DNA from: Bifidobacterium breve
GTDB taxonomy: Bacteria > Actinomycetota > Actinomycetes > Nanopelagicales > Nanopelagicaceae
Direction: 5' to 3'
Assembly: GCA_945866305.1 (NCBI GenBank)
Contig: CAMBGS010000001.1
Coordinates: 148 to 64,147 of the forward strand
DNA: 64,000 bases
Below the pieces are notes generated by a model that made no database searches, was not told the origin of the DNA, and worked only from the letters and a program-made list of their open reading frames with translations. The translations under genes were made by a program, and so were the position numbers. Below are positions 30,246 through 41,927 of the stretch, piece after piece (position 1 is the first letter of the stretch; the number at the start of each line of letters is the position of its first letter).

Positions 30246-31460
30246 TTAAGCCATTGCAACTTTCAGATTTTCATCTATTGAGTTAAGAAACTCTTGAGTT
30301 GTCTGCCAAGGTGCAGTCTTGGAAATCAGGAGCGCGAGATCTTTAGTCATCTTGCCGGATTCAACAGTTTCAATACAGACTCGCTCAAGAGTTGCGCAGA
30401 ACTTTGCTAGTTCGGCATTGTCATCCAATTTCGCGCGGTGGGCTAAGCCTTGAGTCCACGCAAAAATTGATGCAATTGGGTTGGTCGAAGTGGCTTTACC
30501 CGCTTGGTGGTCGCGATAATGGCGAGTCACTGTTCCGTGTGCCGCCTCTGATTCGCAGATTTTTCCATCTGGAGTCATAAGTACTGACGTCATCAAACCA
30601 AGTGAGCCATAACCTTGTGCGACGGTATCTGATTGCACATCGCCGTCATAGTTCTTACAAGCCCAAACGTATCCACCATCCATACGAAGTGACATAGCAA
30701 CCATGTCATCGATTAAGCGGTGCTCATACCAAATTCCAGCCGCGTCAAATTGTGTCTTAAATTCAGCTTGGAAAATTTCTTCAAAGATATCTTTAAAGCG
30801 ACCATCGTATGCTTTAAGAATTGTGTTCTTTGTAGATAGATAAACCGGAAATTTACGGAGCAGGCCGTAATTGAGTGAAGCACGCGCAAAGTCACGAATC
30901 GAATCATCAACGTTATACATAGCCATGGCTACACCGGAAGATTCGAATTTGAAAACTTCTGTGTTGATCGGTGCAGAACCATCTTCAGGAACGAAGGAGA
31001 TGGTTAGTTTGCCTGGACCAGGGACTTTGAAGTCAGCGGCACGGTATTGGTCGCCAAAAGCGTGACGGCCGATAACTATTGGCTTAGTCCAATGCGGAAC
31101 CAGGCGCGGGACATTGGAGATAATGATTGGTTCGCGGAAAATCACGCCACCTAAAATATTACGGATAGTTCCGTTAGGAGATTTCCACATCTTTTTAAGG
31201 CCAAATTCTGCAACGCGCGCTTCATCTGGTGTGATCGTTGCGCACTTGATGCCAACACCGTGCTTTTGAATCGCGCGCGCTGAGTCAATTGTTACTTGAT
31301 CATCAGTTGCATCGCGATGTTCCATGCCTAAGTCGTAGTACTCAAGGTTTACATCTAGATAAGGAAGGATTAGAGAATCTTTGATGAACTGCCACATAAT
31401 GCGGGTCATCTCATCGCCATCTAGTTCAACAACAGTGCCCGTTACCTTGATTTTGCTCAT
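30246..31460 (-). CDS. icd: NADP-dependent isocitrate dehydrogenase (homodimeric, eukaryote-like)
   Basis: [44 protein letters not shown]. Confidence 0.96.
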   Translation of the reverse strand: MSKIKVTGTVVELDGDEMTRIMWQFIKDSLILPYLDVNLEYYDLGMEHRDATDDQVTIDSARAIQKHGVGIKCATITPDEARVAEFGLKKMWKSPNGTIRNILGGVIFREPIIISNVPRLVPHWTKPIVIGRHAFGDQYRAADFKVPGPGKLTISFVPEDGSAPINTEVFKFESSGVAMAMYNVDDSIRDFARASLNYGLLRKFPVYLSTKNTILKAYDGRFKDIFEEIFQAEFKTQFDAAGIWYEHRLIDDMVAMSLRMDGGYVWACKNYDGDVQSDTVAQGYGSLGLMTSVLMTPDGKICESEAAHGTVTRHYRDHQAGKATSTNPIASIFAWTQGLAHRAKLDDNAELAKFCATLERVCIETVESGKMTKDLALLISKTAPWQTTQEFLNSIDENLKVAMA

Positions 31461-31505
31461 ATCTTCTTCCCTTGGGTTCCTTGATCTTGTTATTTTGGTC
31501 AGTTA

Positions 31506-32456
31506 TTAAAGTGTTTGTACATCGGCTTGCTTGGCGCGAACTGCTTCTGCAGCTTCTTTTAAGCCATTAAGTTCTGAATCTGTGAGTTTAGTTTCAACCA
31601 CTTTCTTCACACCAGTACGACCAATCTCTGCTTCTACACCGAGATATACGCCAGAAATTCCGTATTCGCCATCAACCCAAGCGCAAACTGGCATTACTGC
31701 GCCAGAATCTTCGATTACCGCCTTAGCCATACGGGCTGCTGCGGCAGAAGGTGCGTAATAAGCAGAGCCTGTTTTAAGCAGCGCAACAACTTCGGCGCCG
31801 CCATTACGGGTGCGATCTACTAATTCATCAATTTCTACTTGTGAAAGCAGATCTGTAAGCGGCTTTCCATTTACGGTGCAGCGACTTGGAACTGGAACCA
31901 TTGTGTCGCCGTGAGAGCCGAGGGTTAAAGTCTTTACGGTAGATACCTCCACTGCTAGTTTTTCAGCAACAAAGTTAGTAAAGCGGGCAGTGTCTAACAT
32001 TCCTGCTTGACCCATTACGCGGTTCTTTGGAAAATTAGTTGCGATCTGAGTAAGCGCAGTCATTTCATCAAGTGGATTTGAGACCACGATGATTACTGCA
32101 TTTGGAGAATGCTTCGCAATGTTTTCGGCTACACCGCGAACGATTCCGGCATTTACTCCAATTAAATCCATTCGGCTCATACCGGGCTTGCGCGGAAGTC
32201 CAGCAGTGATTACAACTACATCAGAGTTTGCGGTTGCTTCATAACCAGCACCGTCAGCAGTTGTTGTTGCGCCGACAATCTTTGTCTCAAATCCTTCAAT
32301 TGCACGCGATTGATTCATATCTAGAGCTAGGCCTTCGGGCTTGCCTTCGAGAATATCTGTAAGAACAACGGTGTCGAAGACGTTGTATTCGGCTAAACGA
32401 AGTGCGGTAGTTGATCCATAAAATCCTGCACCTACAACGGTGACTTTCTTAGACAT
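31506..32456 (-). CDS. mdh: Malate dehydrogenase (LDH-like type)
   Basis: GAGFYG, TAGLPRKPGMSR (Arg specificity residue), VSNPLD, LDTAR, GSHGD. Confidence 0.93.
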   Translation of the reverse strand: MSKKVTVVGAGFYGSTTALRLAEYNVFDTVVLTDILEGKPEGLALDMNQSRAIEGFETKIVGATTTADGAGYEATANSDVVVITAGLPRKPGMSRMDLIGVNAGIVRGVAENIAKHSPNAVIIVVSNPLDEMTALTQIATNFPKNRVMGQAGMLDTARFTNFVAEKLAVEVSTVKTLTLGSHGDTMVPVPSRCTVNGKPLTDLLSQVEIDELVDRTRNGGAEVVALLKTGSAYYAPSAAAARMAKAVIEDSGAVMPVCAWVDGEYGISGVYLGVEAEIGRTGVKKVVETKLTDSELNGLKEAAEAVRAKQADVQTL

Positions 32457-32467
32457 AGATAACTCTT

Positions 32468-32485
32468 TCTCTTGACGTCAAGATA
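32468..32485 (-). promoter_or_regulatory. TamR/UrtR-type MarR operator over the mdh-icd start site
   Basis: TATCTTGACGTCAAGAGA on minus, with a perfect 14-bp palindrome TCTTGACGTCAAGA (32470-32483), just downstream of -10 TAGAGT (32492-32487). Confidence 0.7.
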
Positions 32486-32489
32486 AACT

Positions 32490-32726
32490 CTACAACCCGC
32501 GCGGCAGCGAAATTGCCACCGTAAATAGCGCCAATGCAATCCCCAGCGCCAAATAGCGCTCAATTTTGCCACTTTTCCCAGACTCCCAATGTGCGAGAGT
32601 GATCACGCTCATACCAATTGCGATCGCTATAGAGCCCAGACGAACATACGAAAACACCCCTGCTAGAAAGCCCACGGCAATCGTAAGGTAGGCAAGCCGC
32701 ACCCCAAGCAAATTTATTTTTCGCAA
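32490..32726 (-). CDS. Small membrane protein (DUF3017-like by position)
   Basis: 78 aa, 2-3 TM segments, between folD and mdh; family inferred from synteny only. Confidence 0.55.
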   Translation of the reverse strand: MRKINLLGVRLAYLTIAVGFLAGVFSYVRLGSIAIAIGMSVITLAHWESGKSGKIERYLALGIALALFTVAISLPRGL

Positions 32727-33556
32727 GCTTCGACCACGTTTGTTAACAACATCGCGCGAGTCATCGGACCGACGCCGCCCGGCATTGGTGCAAAGAAAGC
32801 GGCAACTTCAATTACCCCAGGATCAATGTCGCCGACTAGACCTGAAGCAGTACGTGAAATTCCAACATCTAAAACAGTAGCGCCACTTTTTACATCTCCA
32901 GCTTTTAAGAAGTGTGGGCTACCGATCGCTGCCACAATTATATCGGCGCGCTTGGTGTGTGCTGCTAAATCTTTTGTTCCAGTGTGGGTCAATGTCACGG
33001 TTGCGTTTTCTTGCTTGCGATTGAGTAATAATCCGAGCGGACGACCAACGGTTAGTCCGCGCCCAATCACCACGACTTCTGCGCCAAATAATGGGATTTT
33101 GTAGTGGTTAATTAATTCAACTATGCCGCGCGGAGTGCATGGCAGCGGAGCGCTGTAACCAGCTACAAGTCTTCCTAAGTTCAGCGGATGTAAACCATCG
33201 GCATCTTTTGCAGGATCAATGGCTTCCAAAACTTTCTGGGTATTAATCCCCTGTGGCAACGGGAGTTGAACGATATAGCCTGAACATTCTTTAGCCGAAT
33301 TCAAATCTTTTAGCGCTGCCAGTACATCAGATTCAGTCGCATCTGCCTTTAAATCAACGCGAATAGAATTGATTCCTACTTCCTTGCAGTCACGATGTTT
33401 CCCGGCCACATACGAAAGTGAGCCTGGATCATTTCCTACCAAAATAGTTCCTAGGCCAGGTGTAACTCCTTTGTGCTGTAGTTCTTTGACGCGCGCAGAG
33501 AGATCCTGCTTAATCGAGGCTGCTAAAGCTTTGCCATCCAGAATTGTCGCGCTCAT
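32714..33556 (-). CDS. folD: Methylenetetrahydrofolate dehydrogenase/cyclohydrolase
   Basis: [33 protein letters not shown]. Confidence 0.96.
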   Translation of the reverse strand: MSATILDGKALAASIKQDLSARVKELQHKGVTPGLGTILVGNDPGSLSYVAGKHRDCKEVGINSIRVDLKADATESDVLAALKDLNSAKECSGYIVQLPLPQGINTQKVLEAIDPAKDADGLHPLNLGRLVAGYSAPLPCTPRGIVELINHYKIPLFGAEVVVIGRGLTVGRPLGLLLNRKQENATVTLTHTGTKDLAAHTKRADIIVAAIGSPHFLKAGDVKSGATVLDVGISRTASGLVGDIDPGVIEVAAFFAPMPGGVGPMTRAMLLTNVVEACEK

Positions 33557-33594
33557 ATGCGAGATCCTATTAGAAGCGCTCGTGACAAGCGAAG

Positions 33595-35136
33595 TTACGC
33601 ATGTGAGAAATGTCGTGTGCCTGTAAAGAACATAGCGATTCCTGCGGCGCTTGCGGCAGCGATCACTTCTTCATCGCGCACGCTTCCACCTGGCTGAACG
33701 ACAGCGGTTACTCCACCGTCGATCAAGATTTGTAAACCATCAGCAAACGGGAAGAAGGCATCGCTGGCTGCAACGCTCTGCTTCGCTCTTTCTCCGGCAC
33801 GATCTATCGAAAGTCGAGCAGAGTCAACTCGATTTACCTGACCCATTCCGATTCCGACTGCGGCACCATTCTTGGCCAACAAGATGGCGTTGCTTTTAAC
33901 TGCGCGGACTGCGCGCCAAGCAAATTGCAGATCTGCTAAAACTTGTGGTGAAACTTTTTCGCCAGTTACCTGCTTCCAATTTGCGCAATCATCACCAACG
34001 GCATCAATCTTGTCGGTATTTTGGAGAAGCACTCCACCAGATACTGGACGAATTTCTAGCGGTGACAGTTTCGTATTCGGACAAGTCAAAATACGAATTG
34101 ATGGTTTTTTCATCAAAATTTCTAGCGCTGCAGGTTCATATTCAGGAGCAATGATTACCTCGGTAAAGATTTGTGAAAGTGGTTCCGCCATCGCAACAGT
34201 AACTTTACGATTTGCCGCAATTACGCCGCCAAATGCCGAAATTGGGTCGCAGGCGTGCGCTGCTAAATATGCCGCCGCGATATCTATCCCTGTTGCAATT
34301 CCACAAGGATTGGCATGTTTAATAATTGCAACGCAAGGTTCGGTGTGATCAAGAGCTGCTCGCCAAGCAGCATCGGCATCAGTGTAGTTATTAAATGACA
34401 TCTCTTTGCCGTGGCTTTGTACGGCGTTAACGATTCCGGGTGGGCCACCGCGATAAATAGCAGCGTTCTGGTGAGGATTTTCTCCATAACGTAGCGAAGA
34501 TTCCCGCTTCCAAATTAAGCCAAACCAATCTGGAATATCCATACTTATTTGTGTGCCCAACCAACTTGCAATCATCAAATCGTATTCAGCGGTCGTGCGA
34601 AAAACTTCAAGGGCAAAATTACGGCGTTCCTCAAGGGTGGTTCCACCAGCGCTAATTGCGGCAAATAGCGCGTCATACTGGGTAACTTTGGAAATAACCG
34701 CCACTGAGCCGTGGTTCTTTGCGGCACCACGCAACATAGATGGGCCGCCGATATCAATCTGCTCGATGCATTCAGAATATGCGGCGCCCGATGCAATTGT
34801 TTCGGCAAATGGATAGAGATTGATAATTACTAAATCAAAGGGCTCAATATCAAGATCTGCAATGGCCTTTAGATGCTCTGAATTATCTTGATCTGCCAAT
34901 ATTCCAGAATGAATCTTTGGATGAAGTGTTTTCACGCGACCACCCATGATTTCAGGAAACCCGGTGTATTGACTTACTTCTGTAACCGCGATTCCTGATC
35001 CCTGCAAAGTTTTAGCCGTTGAACCAGTGGAGATAATCTCTATTCCAGCTTTGCTTAGAACAGCGCCAAGTTCGAGTAAGCGATCTTTATCGTAAACGCT
35101 GACCAGCGCACGGCGAATGAGTTTGCGATCTGCCAT
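33595..35136 (-). CDS. purH: AICAR transformylase/IMP cyclohydrolase
   Basis: [43 protein letters not shown]. Confidence 0.97.
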   Translation of the reverse strand: MADRKLIRRALVSVYDKDRLLELGAVLSKAGIEIISTGSTAKTLQGSGIAVTEVSQYTGFPEIMGGRVKTLHPKIHSGILADQDNSEHLKAIADLDIEPFDLVIINLYPFAETIASGAAYSECIEQIDIGGPSMLRGAAKNHGSVAVISKVTQYDALFAAISAGGTTLEERRNFALEVFRTTAEYDLMIASWLGTQISMDIPDWFGLIWKRESSLRYGENPHQNAAIYRGGPPGIVNAVQSHGKEMSFNNYTDADAAWRAALDHTEPCVAIIKHANPCGIATGIDIAAAYLAAHACDPISAFGGVIAANRKVTVAMAEPLSQIFTEVIIAPEYEPAALEILMKKPSIRILTCPNTKLSPLEIRPVSGGVLLQNTDKIDAVGDDCANWKQVTGEKVSPQVLADLQFAWRAVRAVKSNAILLAKNGAAVGIGMGQVNRVDSARLSIDRAGERAKQSVAASDAFFPFADGLQILIDGGVTAVVQPGGSVRDEEVIAAASAAGIAMFFTGTRHFSHA

Positions 35137-35708
35137 CAGGACCTCACGAGATTAGTTAGAAGTTGCTGCAGCGTTGCAACATAGAGACGCCGTTCGACAA
35201 TCTTAATGCGTTCGTGCAGTGTGTCTTCGGTATCGGTTGGCGAAATTTCCACACTTTCCTGAGCAATGATCTCACCGGTATCCACACCTTCATCTACCCA
35301 GTGAATTGTGGTTCCGGTCTGGATTGCTCCCGCCGCTAGCGCATCTCGGACAGCGTGCGCTCCGGGAAAGAGCGGCAGCAAGGCGGGATGGCTATTTACG
35401 ATGCGGAATTTCGCAACACAATCGCTAGATAAAATCTTCATAAATCCTGCACTCACAACAAGATCCGGCTTTAGCGAGCCTAATCTTTCTTCAAATTCTC
35501 TATCCCAGTTTTTGCGATCTTGCTGCATAGGAATCAGAAATGACTCAATCTTTGCAACAGCAGCTCGCTTTAACACTTCAGCCTCAGGCTGATCACTTAT
35601 CAACCCAACTATCTGCGCATCCAAAGATCCATTAGCAACTGCATCGATTATCGACTGCGCTATTGAGCCACTTCCTGAAGCAAGTAAAACAATGCGCGCT
35701 TGCTTCAT
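35136..35708 (-). CDS. purN: Phosphoribosylglycinamide formyltransferase
   Basis: [32 protein letters not shown]. Confidence 0.95.
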   Translation of the reverse strand: MKQARIVLLASGSGSIAQSIIDAVANGSLDAQIVGLISDQPEAEVLKRAAVAKIESFLIPMQQDRKNWDREFEERLGSLKPDLVVSAGFMKILSSDCVAKFRIVNSHPALLPLFPGAHAVRDALAAGAIQTGTTIHWVDEGVDTGEIIAQESVEISPTDTEDTLHERIKIVERRLYVATLQQLLTNLVRS

Positions 35709-36781
35709 TAGCGCGACCGTAATTTAATTTGAGGAATTAGGACCAGGGCCGCTATTCCAAGCCCAATTTGAACAGTAATTGACAGCGTTAATTTCCAAAT
35801 TGAAACACCGACCGCGCTCATAGCTTCAGTCATCAATGAACCGCTGGCCAAATATGCAAGTACTGAAAGTGAAATTGCAATCAGCACGATTGCCTGAAAC
35901 AAAGAGCGAGAGCTGGAAGCTAGCGCCCAGCTGGCCATCAGCGCACCGAGAGCAATGACGAATACAACCGCAAGCAACGCCCACTTGGATGAAGAAGTCG
36001 GCAAGACCGCCAAAATTGGTAGCGCAGGAATTTCACCCAGACGGTGAATAAATGGTGAAACAATTGTTCCTTCACCAACTGCGAATCCGGTTCCGGTGAA
36101 ATATGCGAGAACTGATACCGCTAGATTTGGTAGATAAAAAAGATTTATGGCAAAGAGTAAAAAAGCCCCAAAGAAACCGGGTTGAAGAACAATTGCGATA
36201 TTTTTAAAGGTGGATAGATTCATAAAGATAGCAATTGCTAGGAAAATGAAGGAGAATCCAAAAAGAATTGCCAATGCTCGGGTGGAATAACTGACTGCTT
36301 GAGACATGCGCAAACGCGATCCTGCAGTTAGCGATGCTAGATAAGCGATAAAAAATGAAAATATTGGTGCTAAGTACCATTGAGCACTCACATTTGGAGA
36401 TCTGCTGGCCAGAGCAAGCAGGGTCACGACGAGTGCGTATTGAGATGCAAAGATCGACCGAACGCTAGAGATATTGTGGAAATCACCGTGTAATTTAGAG
36501 AGAGCGCGCCCAAAACCGCTACGAAGTGCAAAGAACGGTAACAACATCGCACCTATAGGAAGATAAGAAAGATAGCCCGCTGCTTCACTATTTAAGAAAA
36601 ATGGAATGTGATGTGCACCCAGCCACAACCAAATCGCTGCGCGCATTGGATCTGATGTATTGCCGGTTGCGCTACCCGCAGTCGCCCACGCAATTAGTGA
36701 GATAAAAGCGAGTGGTAAAAGCAGTATTGCAACGGTGCGTAAGACTTGTGCAAACGAGACCGCTAGGACACGTTGCAACAT
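35708..36781 (-). CDS. Polytopic membrane protein, PerM/DUF6350-like
   Basis: About 10 TM segments; WLWLGAHH, YLPN, GTGFAVG, PALPILAVLP; sits between sucD and purN like mycobacterial perM. Confidence 0.7.
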   Translation of the reverse strand: MLQRVLAVSFAQVLRTVAILLLPLAFISLIAWATAGSATGNTSDPMRAAIWLWLGAHHIPFFLNSEAAGYLSYLPIGAMLLPFFALRSGFGRALSKLHGDFHNISSVRSIFASQYALVVTLLALASRSPNVSAQWYLAPIFSFFIAYLASLTAGSRLRMSQAVSYSTRALAILFGFSFIFLAIAIFMNLSTFKNIAIVLQPGFFGAFLLFAINLFYLPNLAVSVLAYFTGTGFAVGEGTIVSPFIHRLGEIPALPILAVLPTSSSKWALLAVVFVIALGALMASWALASSSRSLFQAIVLIAISLSVLAYLASGSLMTEAMSAVGVSIWKLTLSITVQIGLGIAALVLIPQIKLRSR

Positions 36782-36789
36782 GGGCTATC

Positions 36790-37671
36790 TCAGAGACCGA
36801 GAATGGCGCGCATTAAGCGCGCAGTTTCGCTAGGAGTCTGCCCCACTTTTACGCCAGCTGCTTCGAGCGCATCTTTCTTTGCCTGCGCAGTTCCAGAAGA
36901 ACCAGAAACAATTGCACCTGCGTGCCCCATTGTCTTTCCTTCAGGAGCGGTAAATCCAGCAACGTATCCGACAACTGGTTTGGTGACGTATTCGGCGATA
37001 AATGCAGCAGCGCGTTCTTCTGCATCTCCACCAATCTCACCGATCATTACGATTGCAGTTGTTTCAGGATCATCTTGAAATGCTTTTAAACAATCTATGT
37101 GTGTTGTTCCGACCACTGGGTCGCCACCGATTCCAACAGCGGTTGAGAATCCAATATCGCGAAGCTCATACATCATCTGATAAGTAAGAGTTCCAGATTT
37201 TGAAACAAGTCCAATCGGACCACGCTTTGTGATATTCGCAGGAATAATTCCCACATTTGATTGTTCGGGACTGATTAGTCCTGGACAGTTGGGACCAATA
37301 ATTTGCGTTGTTCCCTTTTGCAGTGAGTAAGCATAGAAGTATGCCGAATCGTGTACTGGAATTCCTTCGGTGATCACAACTACCAGCGGCATCTTGGCAT
37401 CGATTGCATCGATTACCGCTGCCTTAGCAAATTTAGGTGGAACGAAAACAACCGATACATTGGCTGCGGTTGCAGCCATTGCTTCAGCAACGGAGTTAAA
37501 GACAGGAAGTTGATGTCCATCTATATCAACGATCTGACCTCCCTTGCCGGGTGTAACGCCTCCAACAACTTTTGTACCTGATGCCAACATGCGGCGAGTG
37601 TGTTTAGTTCCTTCAGAACCAGTCATGCCCTGCACAATTACTTTGCTTGTCGAATTAATAAAGATAGACAT
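36790..37671 (-). CDS. sucD: Succinyl-CoA synthetase alpha subunit
   Basis: [26 protein letters not shown]. Confidence 0.97.
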   Translation of the reverse strand: MSIFINSTSKVIVQGMTGSEGTKHTRRMLASGTKVVGGVTPGKGGQIVDIDGHQLPVFNSVAEAMAATAANVSVVFVPPKFAKAAVIDAIDAKMPLVVVITEGIPVHDSAYFYAYSLQKGTTQIIGPNCPGLISPEQSNVGIIPANITKRGPIGLVSKSGTLTYQMMYELRDIGFSTAVGIGGDPVVGTTHIDCLKAFQDDPETTAIVMIGEIGGDAEERAAAFIAEYVTKPVVGYVAGFTAPEGKTMGHAGAIVSGSSGTAQAKKDALEAAGVKVGQTPSETARLMRAILGL

Positions 37672-38837
37672 TACTTAGCCGCCAATTCTGCAGCGCGTGA
37701 TGCTGCTCCATCCATAGTTTCCGCTTGCTCAACCAATGGATGGTTTGCTGCAGTAAGAATCGCTCGACCTTCCAAAACATTATTGCCATCTAGGCGCACA
37801 ACGATCGGCTTTGTAGCTTTTGGTCCAAGTAGTTCTAACGCCTGAACAATGCCATTTGCGACCGCATCGCAAGCGGTGATTCCACCGAATACATTTACAA
37901 ATACGCTCTTAACATCTGGATCACCTAAAATAATTGAAAGTCCATCAGCCATCACTTGTGCTGAGGCGCCACCACCAATATCTAGGAAGTTCGCCGGGCG
38001 CATTCCGCCAAATTTTTCACCAGCGTAAGCAACAACATCGAGGGTAGACATCACCAAACCTGCGCCATTACCGATAATTCCTACTTGGCCATTCTCGAGT
38101 TTTACGTAGTTCAAACCCTTTTCTTTCGCAGCTGCTTCTAACGCGTTGGCAGCAGCGTGATCAACAAGTGCTGCATGGCCTGGCTGACGAAATTCAGCGT
38201 TCTCATCGAGAGTAACTTTTCCATCGAGGGCAACGATGCGACCATCTTCAGTTTTTACAAGTGGATTCACTTCTACCAAAGTTGCATCTTCCGATTGGAA
38301 TGTTTCCCAAAGCTTCACCAGAACATCCGCGACTTGGTCTGCGATATCTGCCGGAAATTTTGCTTGGGCGATAATTTCTTTCGCCTTCGCTTGGGAAATT
38401 CCATCGACTGCAGTCACTGGAACTTTCGCCAATTTTTCAGGCGCTGTGCGGGCAACTTCTTCAATATCCATTCCACCAGCTACGGATGCCATTACTAAGA
38501 ATGTGCGGTTTGAACGATCTAATAAAATTGAAATGTAGTACTCGTCAACAATTGGCGCAGCTTGCGCGATCATCACCTGATGAACTGTGTGGCCTTTGAT
38601 ATCCATTCCGAGGATTGCGCCGGCTTTCTCTTTGGCATCATTTGCATCAATGGCAAGTTTTACACCGCCCGCTTTTCCGCGTCCGCCAACTTTCACCTGC
38701 GCTTTGACTACAACTTTTCCGCCCATTGCAGATGCGGCTTTAAAGGCTTCATCTTCGGTAGTTGCGACTGCTCCAGCTAGAACGGGAACGTTATGTTTTT
38801 CAAAGAGGTCACGTGCTTGGTATTCAAAGAGATCCAC
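37671..38837 (-). CDS. sucC: Succinyl-CoA synthetase beta subunit
   Basis: [37 protein letters not shown]. Confidence 0.97.
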   Translation of the reverse strand: MDLFEYQARDLFEKHNVPVLAGAVATTEDEAFKAASAMGGKVVVKAQVKVGGRGKAGGVKLAIDANDAKEKAGAILGMDIKGHTVHQVMIAQAAPIVDEYYISILLDRSNRTFLVMASVAGGMDIEEVARTAPEKLAKVPVTAVDGISQAKAKEIIAQAKFPADIADQVADVLVKLWETFQSEDATLVEVNPLVKTEDGRIVALDGKVTLDENAEFRQPGHAALVDHAAANALEAAAKEKGLNYVKLENGQVGIIGNGAGLVMSTLDVVAYAGEKFGGMRPANFLDIGGGASAQVMADGLSIILGDPDVKSVFVNVFGGITACDAVANGIVQALELLGPKATKPIVVRLDGNNVLEGRAILTAANHPLVEQAETMDGAASRAAELAAK

Positions 38838-38914
38838 AGATAATTACCGTTTCGACGATTTACTAGCTCTTCTTTGCGCTAGCGGATAGGGGTAATCCTA
38901 ATCCTTGGCGTGGG

Positions 38915-41161
38915 TTACAGAACCACCACAGGCGCGTAGCGCAGCAGCAGTCTTTTCTCACCATATTGGCCAAAATTGATCGTCGCCTCAGATTTATCGC
39001 CTTCGCCAGCGATCGCCACGACTGTGCCAAGTCCGAATGTGTCATGTGACACACGCTGTCCAACTTCGAGAACCATCGCTGAAGATTTTTTGCCAGTTGC
39101 ACGTGGTGGCGCAGTAGAAGCAACTCGTGATCTACGAATTGCAGAACTACCGGATGAAGATTTAGATCGTGTCTCGTTTTTCCATTCAATCAATTCACTT
39201 GGAATCTCATCTAAGAAGCGTGATCCCGGATTGTATTTGGGGCTTCCAAAAGTTAAGCGATACTCAGCTCTGGAAATGTATAAACGTTTTTCGGCACGGG
39301 TTAAACCAACGTATGCCAAACGCCGTTCTTCTTCAATTTCCTTTGGATCATCGAGTGTTCGGGCATGCGGAAAGATTCCGTCTTCCATACCAGTGAGAAA
39401 TACTGTGGGAAATTCCAGACCTTTTGCGGTGTGCAAAGTCATCAGCGTGACAACTCCCCCATGATCTTCACCATCAGGAATCTCATCTGCATCTGCCACC
39501 AGCGAAACTTTTTCGAGGAATCCAGATAGTGAAATTTCTTCATCTTCGCCAAGTTCTTCAAAGGGGCGCTCTTCATATTCCATAGAAGCGGAGACAAGTT
39601 CCTTTAAGTTTTCAACGCGAACTTCATCTTGAGGGTCAGTACTGGCTTCAAGTTCGGTCAACAACCCTGACTGTTCAAGAACTGCCTCAATAATTACAGA
39701 TGGTTTGGTCTTGGCTTCAACCAAGACAGCCAGTGCAGTAAGCATGGACGTGAATTGTGTGATTGATTGTGATGCTTTATTCGGTACAGCAGTTGCTTCC
39801 GAAACTCGTAAAAGCGCATTCCAGAAAGAGATACCTTGTGCATCACCAAAGATTTCAACCTCTTCCAGAGCGCGGTCACCAATTCCGCGTTTGGGGAAGT
39901 TGATTACTCGGCGAAGTGAAACTTCATCGTTTGGGTTTGCCAGAACTCGCAAATAAGCCAGTAAATCTTTAACTTCTTTACGTTCATAAAAGCGCAGTCC
40001 GCCAACTACTTTGTAAGGTATTGCGGCGCGCATAAAGATTTCTTCAAAGATACGTGATTGCGCATTGGTGCGATAAAAGACCGCAGTATCTCCAGGATTT
40101 GAGTGACCCAAATCTTGCAATGAGCGAATCTCACCCTTTACAAATTCAGCTTCGTCGTACTCTGACTCTGCGACGTATCCAACAAGCGGTGCACCTGAAC
40201 CAGCATCAGACCAAAGGTTTTTCTCTTTGCGAGACTCATTCTGTGTGATTACCGCATTAGCGGCGTTAAGAATGTTTTGGGTGGAGCGATAATTTTGTTC
40301 GAGCAGGACTGTTGCGGTATTGGGATAGTCAACTTCAAATTGCAGAATATTCCGAATAGTTGCGCCGCGAAATCCGTAAATTGATTGGTCGGCATCTCCG
40401 ACAACACAGAGTTCGGCTAAAGGGAAACCATCGCCTTCAGTGCCAGTCAACTCTTTAACTAACATGTATTGGGCATGATTTGTATCTTGGTACTCATCAA
40501 CCAAGATGTGGCGAAAACGTGATCTAAAGCGCGCTTTGGTCTCCGGAAATTGTTGTAGTACCTGAACAGTTTTCATAATCAAATCATCGAAATCTAGCGC
40601 GTTAGCTTGTTGCAGGCGCTTTTCATACATTGTGTAGACATCAGCGACGATTGTTTCAAATTGATTTTGAGCCGCTGAGAGATATTGATACGGCGTCTGG
40701 AGTTCGTTTTTCGCGTTAGATATTAAAGCTTGGAATTGGCGGGGCGGATATCGTTTGGGATCAAGGTTTAAAGTCTCCATCACCCGTGAAATCAACTTCT
40801 GCGAATCTGCGGAATCGTAGATGCTGAATGTGCTGCTGTAGCCCAAGCGTTCAATTTCTTGACGCAGCAATCGAACGCAAGCCGAGTGGAAAGTTGAAAC
40901 CCACATAGATTTTGCAATTGGCCCAACAAGATCCGTGACTCGTTCTTTCATTTCGCCAGCAGCTTTATTTGTAAATGTGATCGCCAAGATTTCATATGGC
41001 CGCACCCCGCGTGCCGCCATCAAATAGGAGATGCGGCGCGTTAAGACGCGCGTTTTTCCAGAGCCTGCACCAGCAACAACTAGGAGTGGCGCACCTTGAT
41101 GGATTACAGCTTTCTGTTGCTGCGGATTAAGCCCCGCGAGCAGCGCATCTGTATCAACCAT
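38915..41161 (-). CDS. pcrA: DNA helicase PcrA/UvrD1
   Basis: AGAGSGKT, DEYQD, GDADQSIY, QNYRS, TLHTAKGLEF, EERRLAYVGLTRA and a C-terminal Tudor-like domain. Confidence 0.96.
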   Translation of the reverse strand: MVDTDALLAGLNPQQQKAVIHQGAPLLVVAGAGSGKTRVLTRRISYLMAARGVRPYEILAITFTNKAAGEMKERVTDLVGPIAKSMWVSTFHSACVRLLRQEIERLGYSSTFSIYDSADSQKLISRVMETLNLDPKRYPPRQFQALISNAKNELQTPYQYLSAAQNQFETIVADVYTMYEKRLQQANALDFDDLIMKTVQVLQQFPETKARFRSRFRHILVDEYQDTNHAQYMLVKELTGTEGDGFPLAELCVVGDADQSIYGFRGATIRNILQFEVDYPNTATVLLEQNYRSTQNILNAANAVITQNESRKEKNLWSDAGSGAPLVGYVAESEYDEAEFVKGEIRSLQDLGHSNPGDTAVFYRTNAQSRIFEEIFMRAAIPYKVVGGLRFYERKEVKDLLAYLRVLANPNDEVSLRRVINFPKRGIGDRALEEVEIFGDAQGISFWNALLRVSEATAVPNKASQSITQFTSMLTALAVLVEAKTKPSVIIEAVLEQSGLLTELEASTDPQDEVRVENLKELVSASMEYEERPFEELGEDEEISLSGFLEKVSLVADADEIPDGEDHGGVVTLMTLHTAKGLEFPTVFLTGMEDGIFPHARTLDDPKEIEEERRLAYVGLTRAEKRLYISRAEYRLTFGSPKYNPGSRFLDEIPSELIEWKNETRSKSSSGSSAIRRSRVASTAPPRATGKKSSAMVLEVGQRVSHDTFGLGTVVAIAGEGDKSEATINFGQYGEKRLLLRYAPVVVL

Positions 41162-41210
41162 GGCGCGGAGTCTATTAGGGTTGACTGACTTTTCAGATCG
41201 TTAATGCAAA

Positions 41211-41891
41211 TTAACGAACTGTCACCGTTTTAATTTCAACTGGCTGAATTGGAATTCCATCAGTGGCGTAGTAAGCCTTGCCTGATGCTTCATCAACTTC
41301 GTAAGCTCCAACTTTTTCAAGTTCCAACAACAGCGGCAATCCGCTGGTGATCTTGCCCCAGATTGAATATTTCGCAGGCAAGGCGGAATCTTTATAGACC
41401 AAGAAGAATTGGCTGCCATTGGTCTTTGGACCAGAGTTCGCCATCGCTACCGTGCCCGCTGGATAGGTGACCCCTTTACCTTTAGGTAAATTTTCATCCT
41501 TGTAGCCAGTCCAAGATCCAGGTGAGCCATTTTTTTGTGCAGATGGATCACCGCATTGGAGAACATATAACAATTCAGTGGTTAGGCGATGACAAAAAGT
41601 TTTATCAAAATACTTAGCGCGAGCCAGCGCGGACATATTTGTCACAGTTTGTGGAGCAGCTGGATTCATGGCAATCGTGATCACGCCGCAATTGGTTGTG
41701 ATAGTCATCGTGGTTGCGCGTTTTTTGTCAAAGCTTTTGGGTTGCTTAACGGTGTCAGGCACCCTTAATTTCGAAGTTGGTTTAGTGCAGCCAGCTACTG
41801 TTTGCGGGCGTTCCTCAGCTTGGGATGTCGGAAGAAAAGTTAAGGAACTACAGGCGACTGCCATAGCGCAGAGCGCAGCAAATCTTTTCAT
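41211..41891 (-). CDS. Secreted cyclophilin-type peptidyl-prolyl isomerase
   Basis: Signal peptide; APQTV, CHRL, LQCGDP, GTVAMANSG, NGSQFFLV. Confidence 0.88.
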   Translation of the reverse strand: MKRFAALCAMAVACSSLTFLPTSQAEERPQTVAGCTKPTSKLRVPDTVKQPKSFDKKRATTMTITTNCGVITIAMNPAAPQTVTNMSALARAKYFDKTFCHRLTTELLYVLQCGDPSAQKNGSPGSWTGYKDENLPKGKGVTYPAGTVAMANSGPKTNGSQFFLVYKDSALPAKYSIWGKITSGLPLLLELEKVGAYEVDEASGKAYYATDGIPIQPVEIKTVTVR

Positions 41892-41927
41892 AATTATTCC
41901 CACTCAATCTTTTTGCGAGTGTTCATT

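Noticed and set aside
33557-35708. ZTP or purine riboswitch near purN/purH/folD
   Set aside because: purN and purH overlap their neighbours and folD appears leaderless; no leader is available.
38838-38914. Structured RNA in the sucC leader (CTAGC...GCTAG hairpin)
   Set aside because: Only a 5-bp stem and no match to a motif I recognise.
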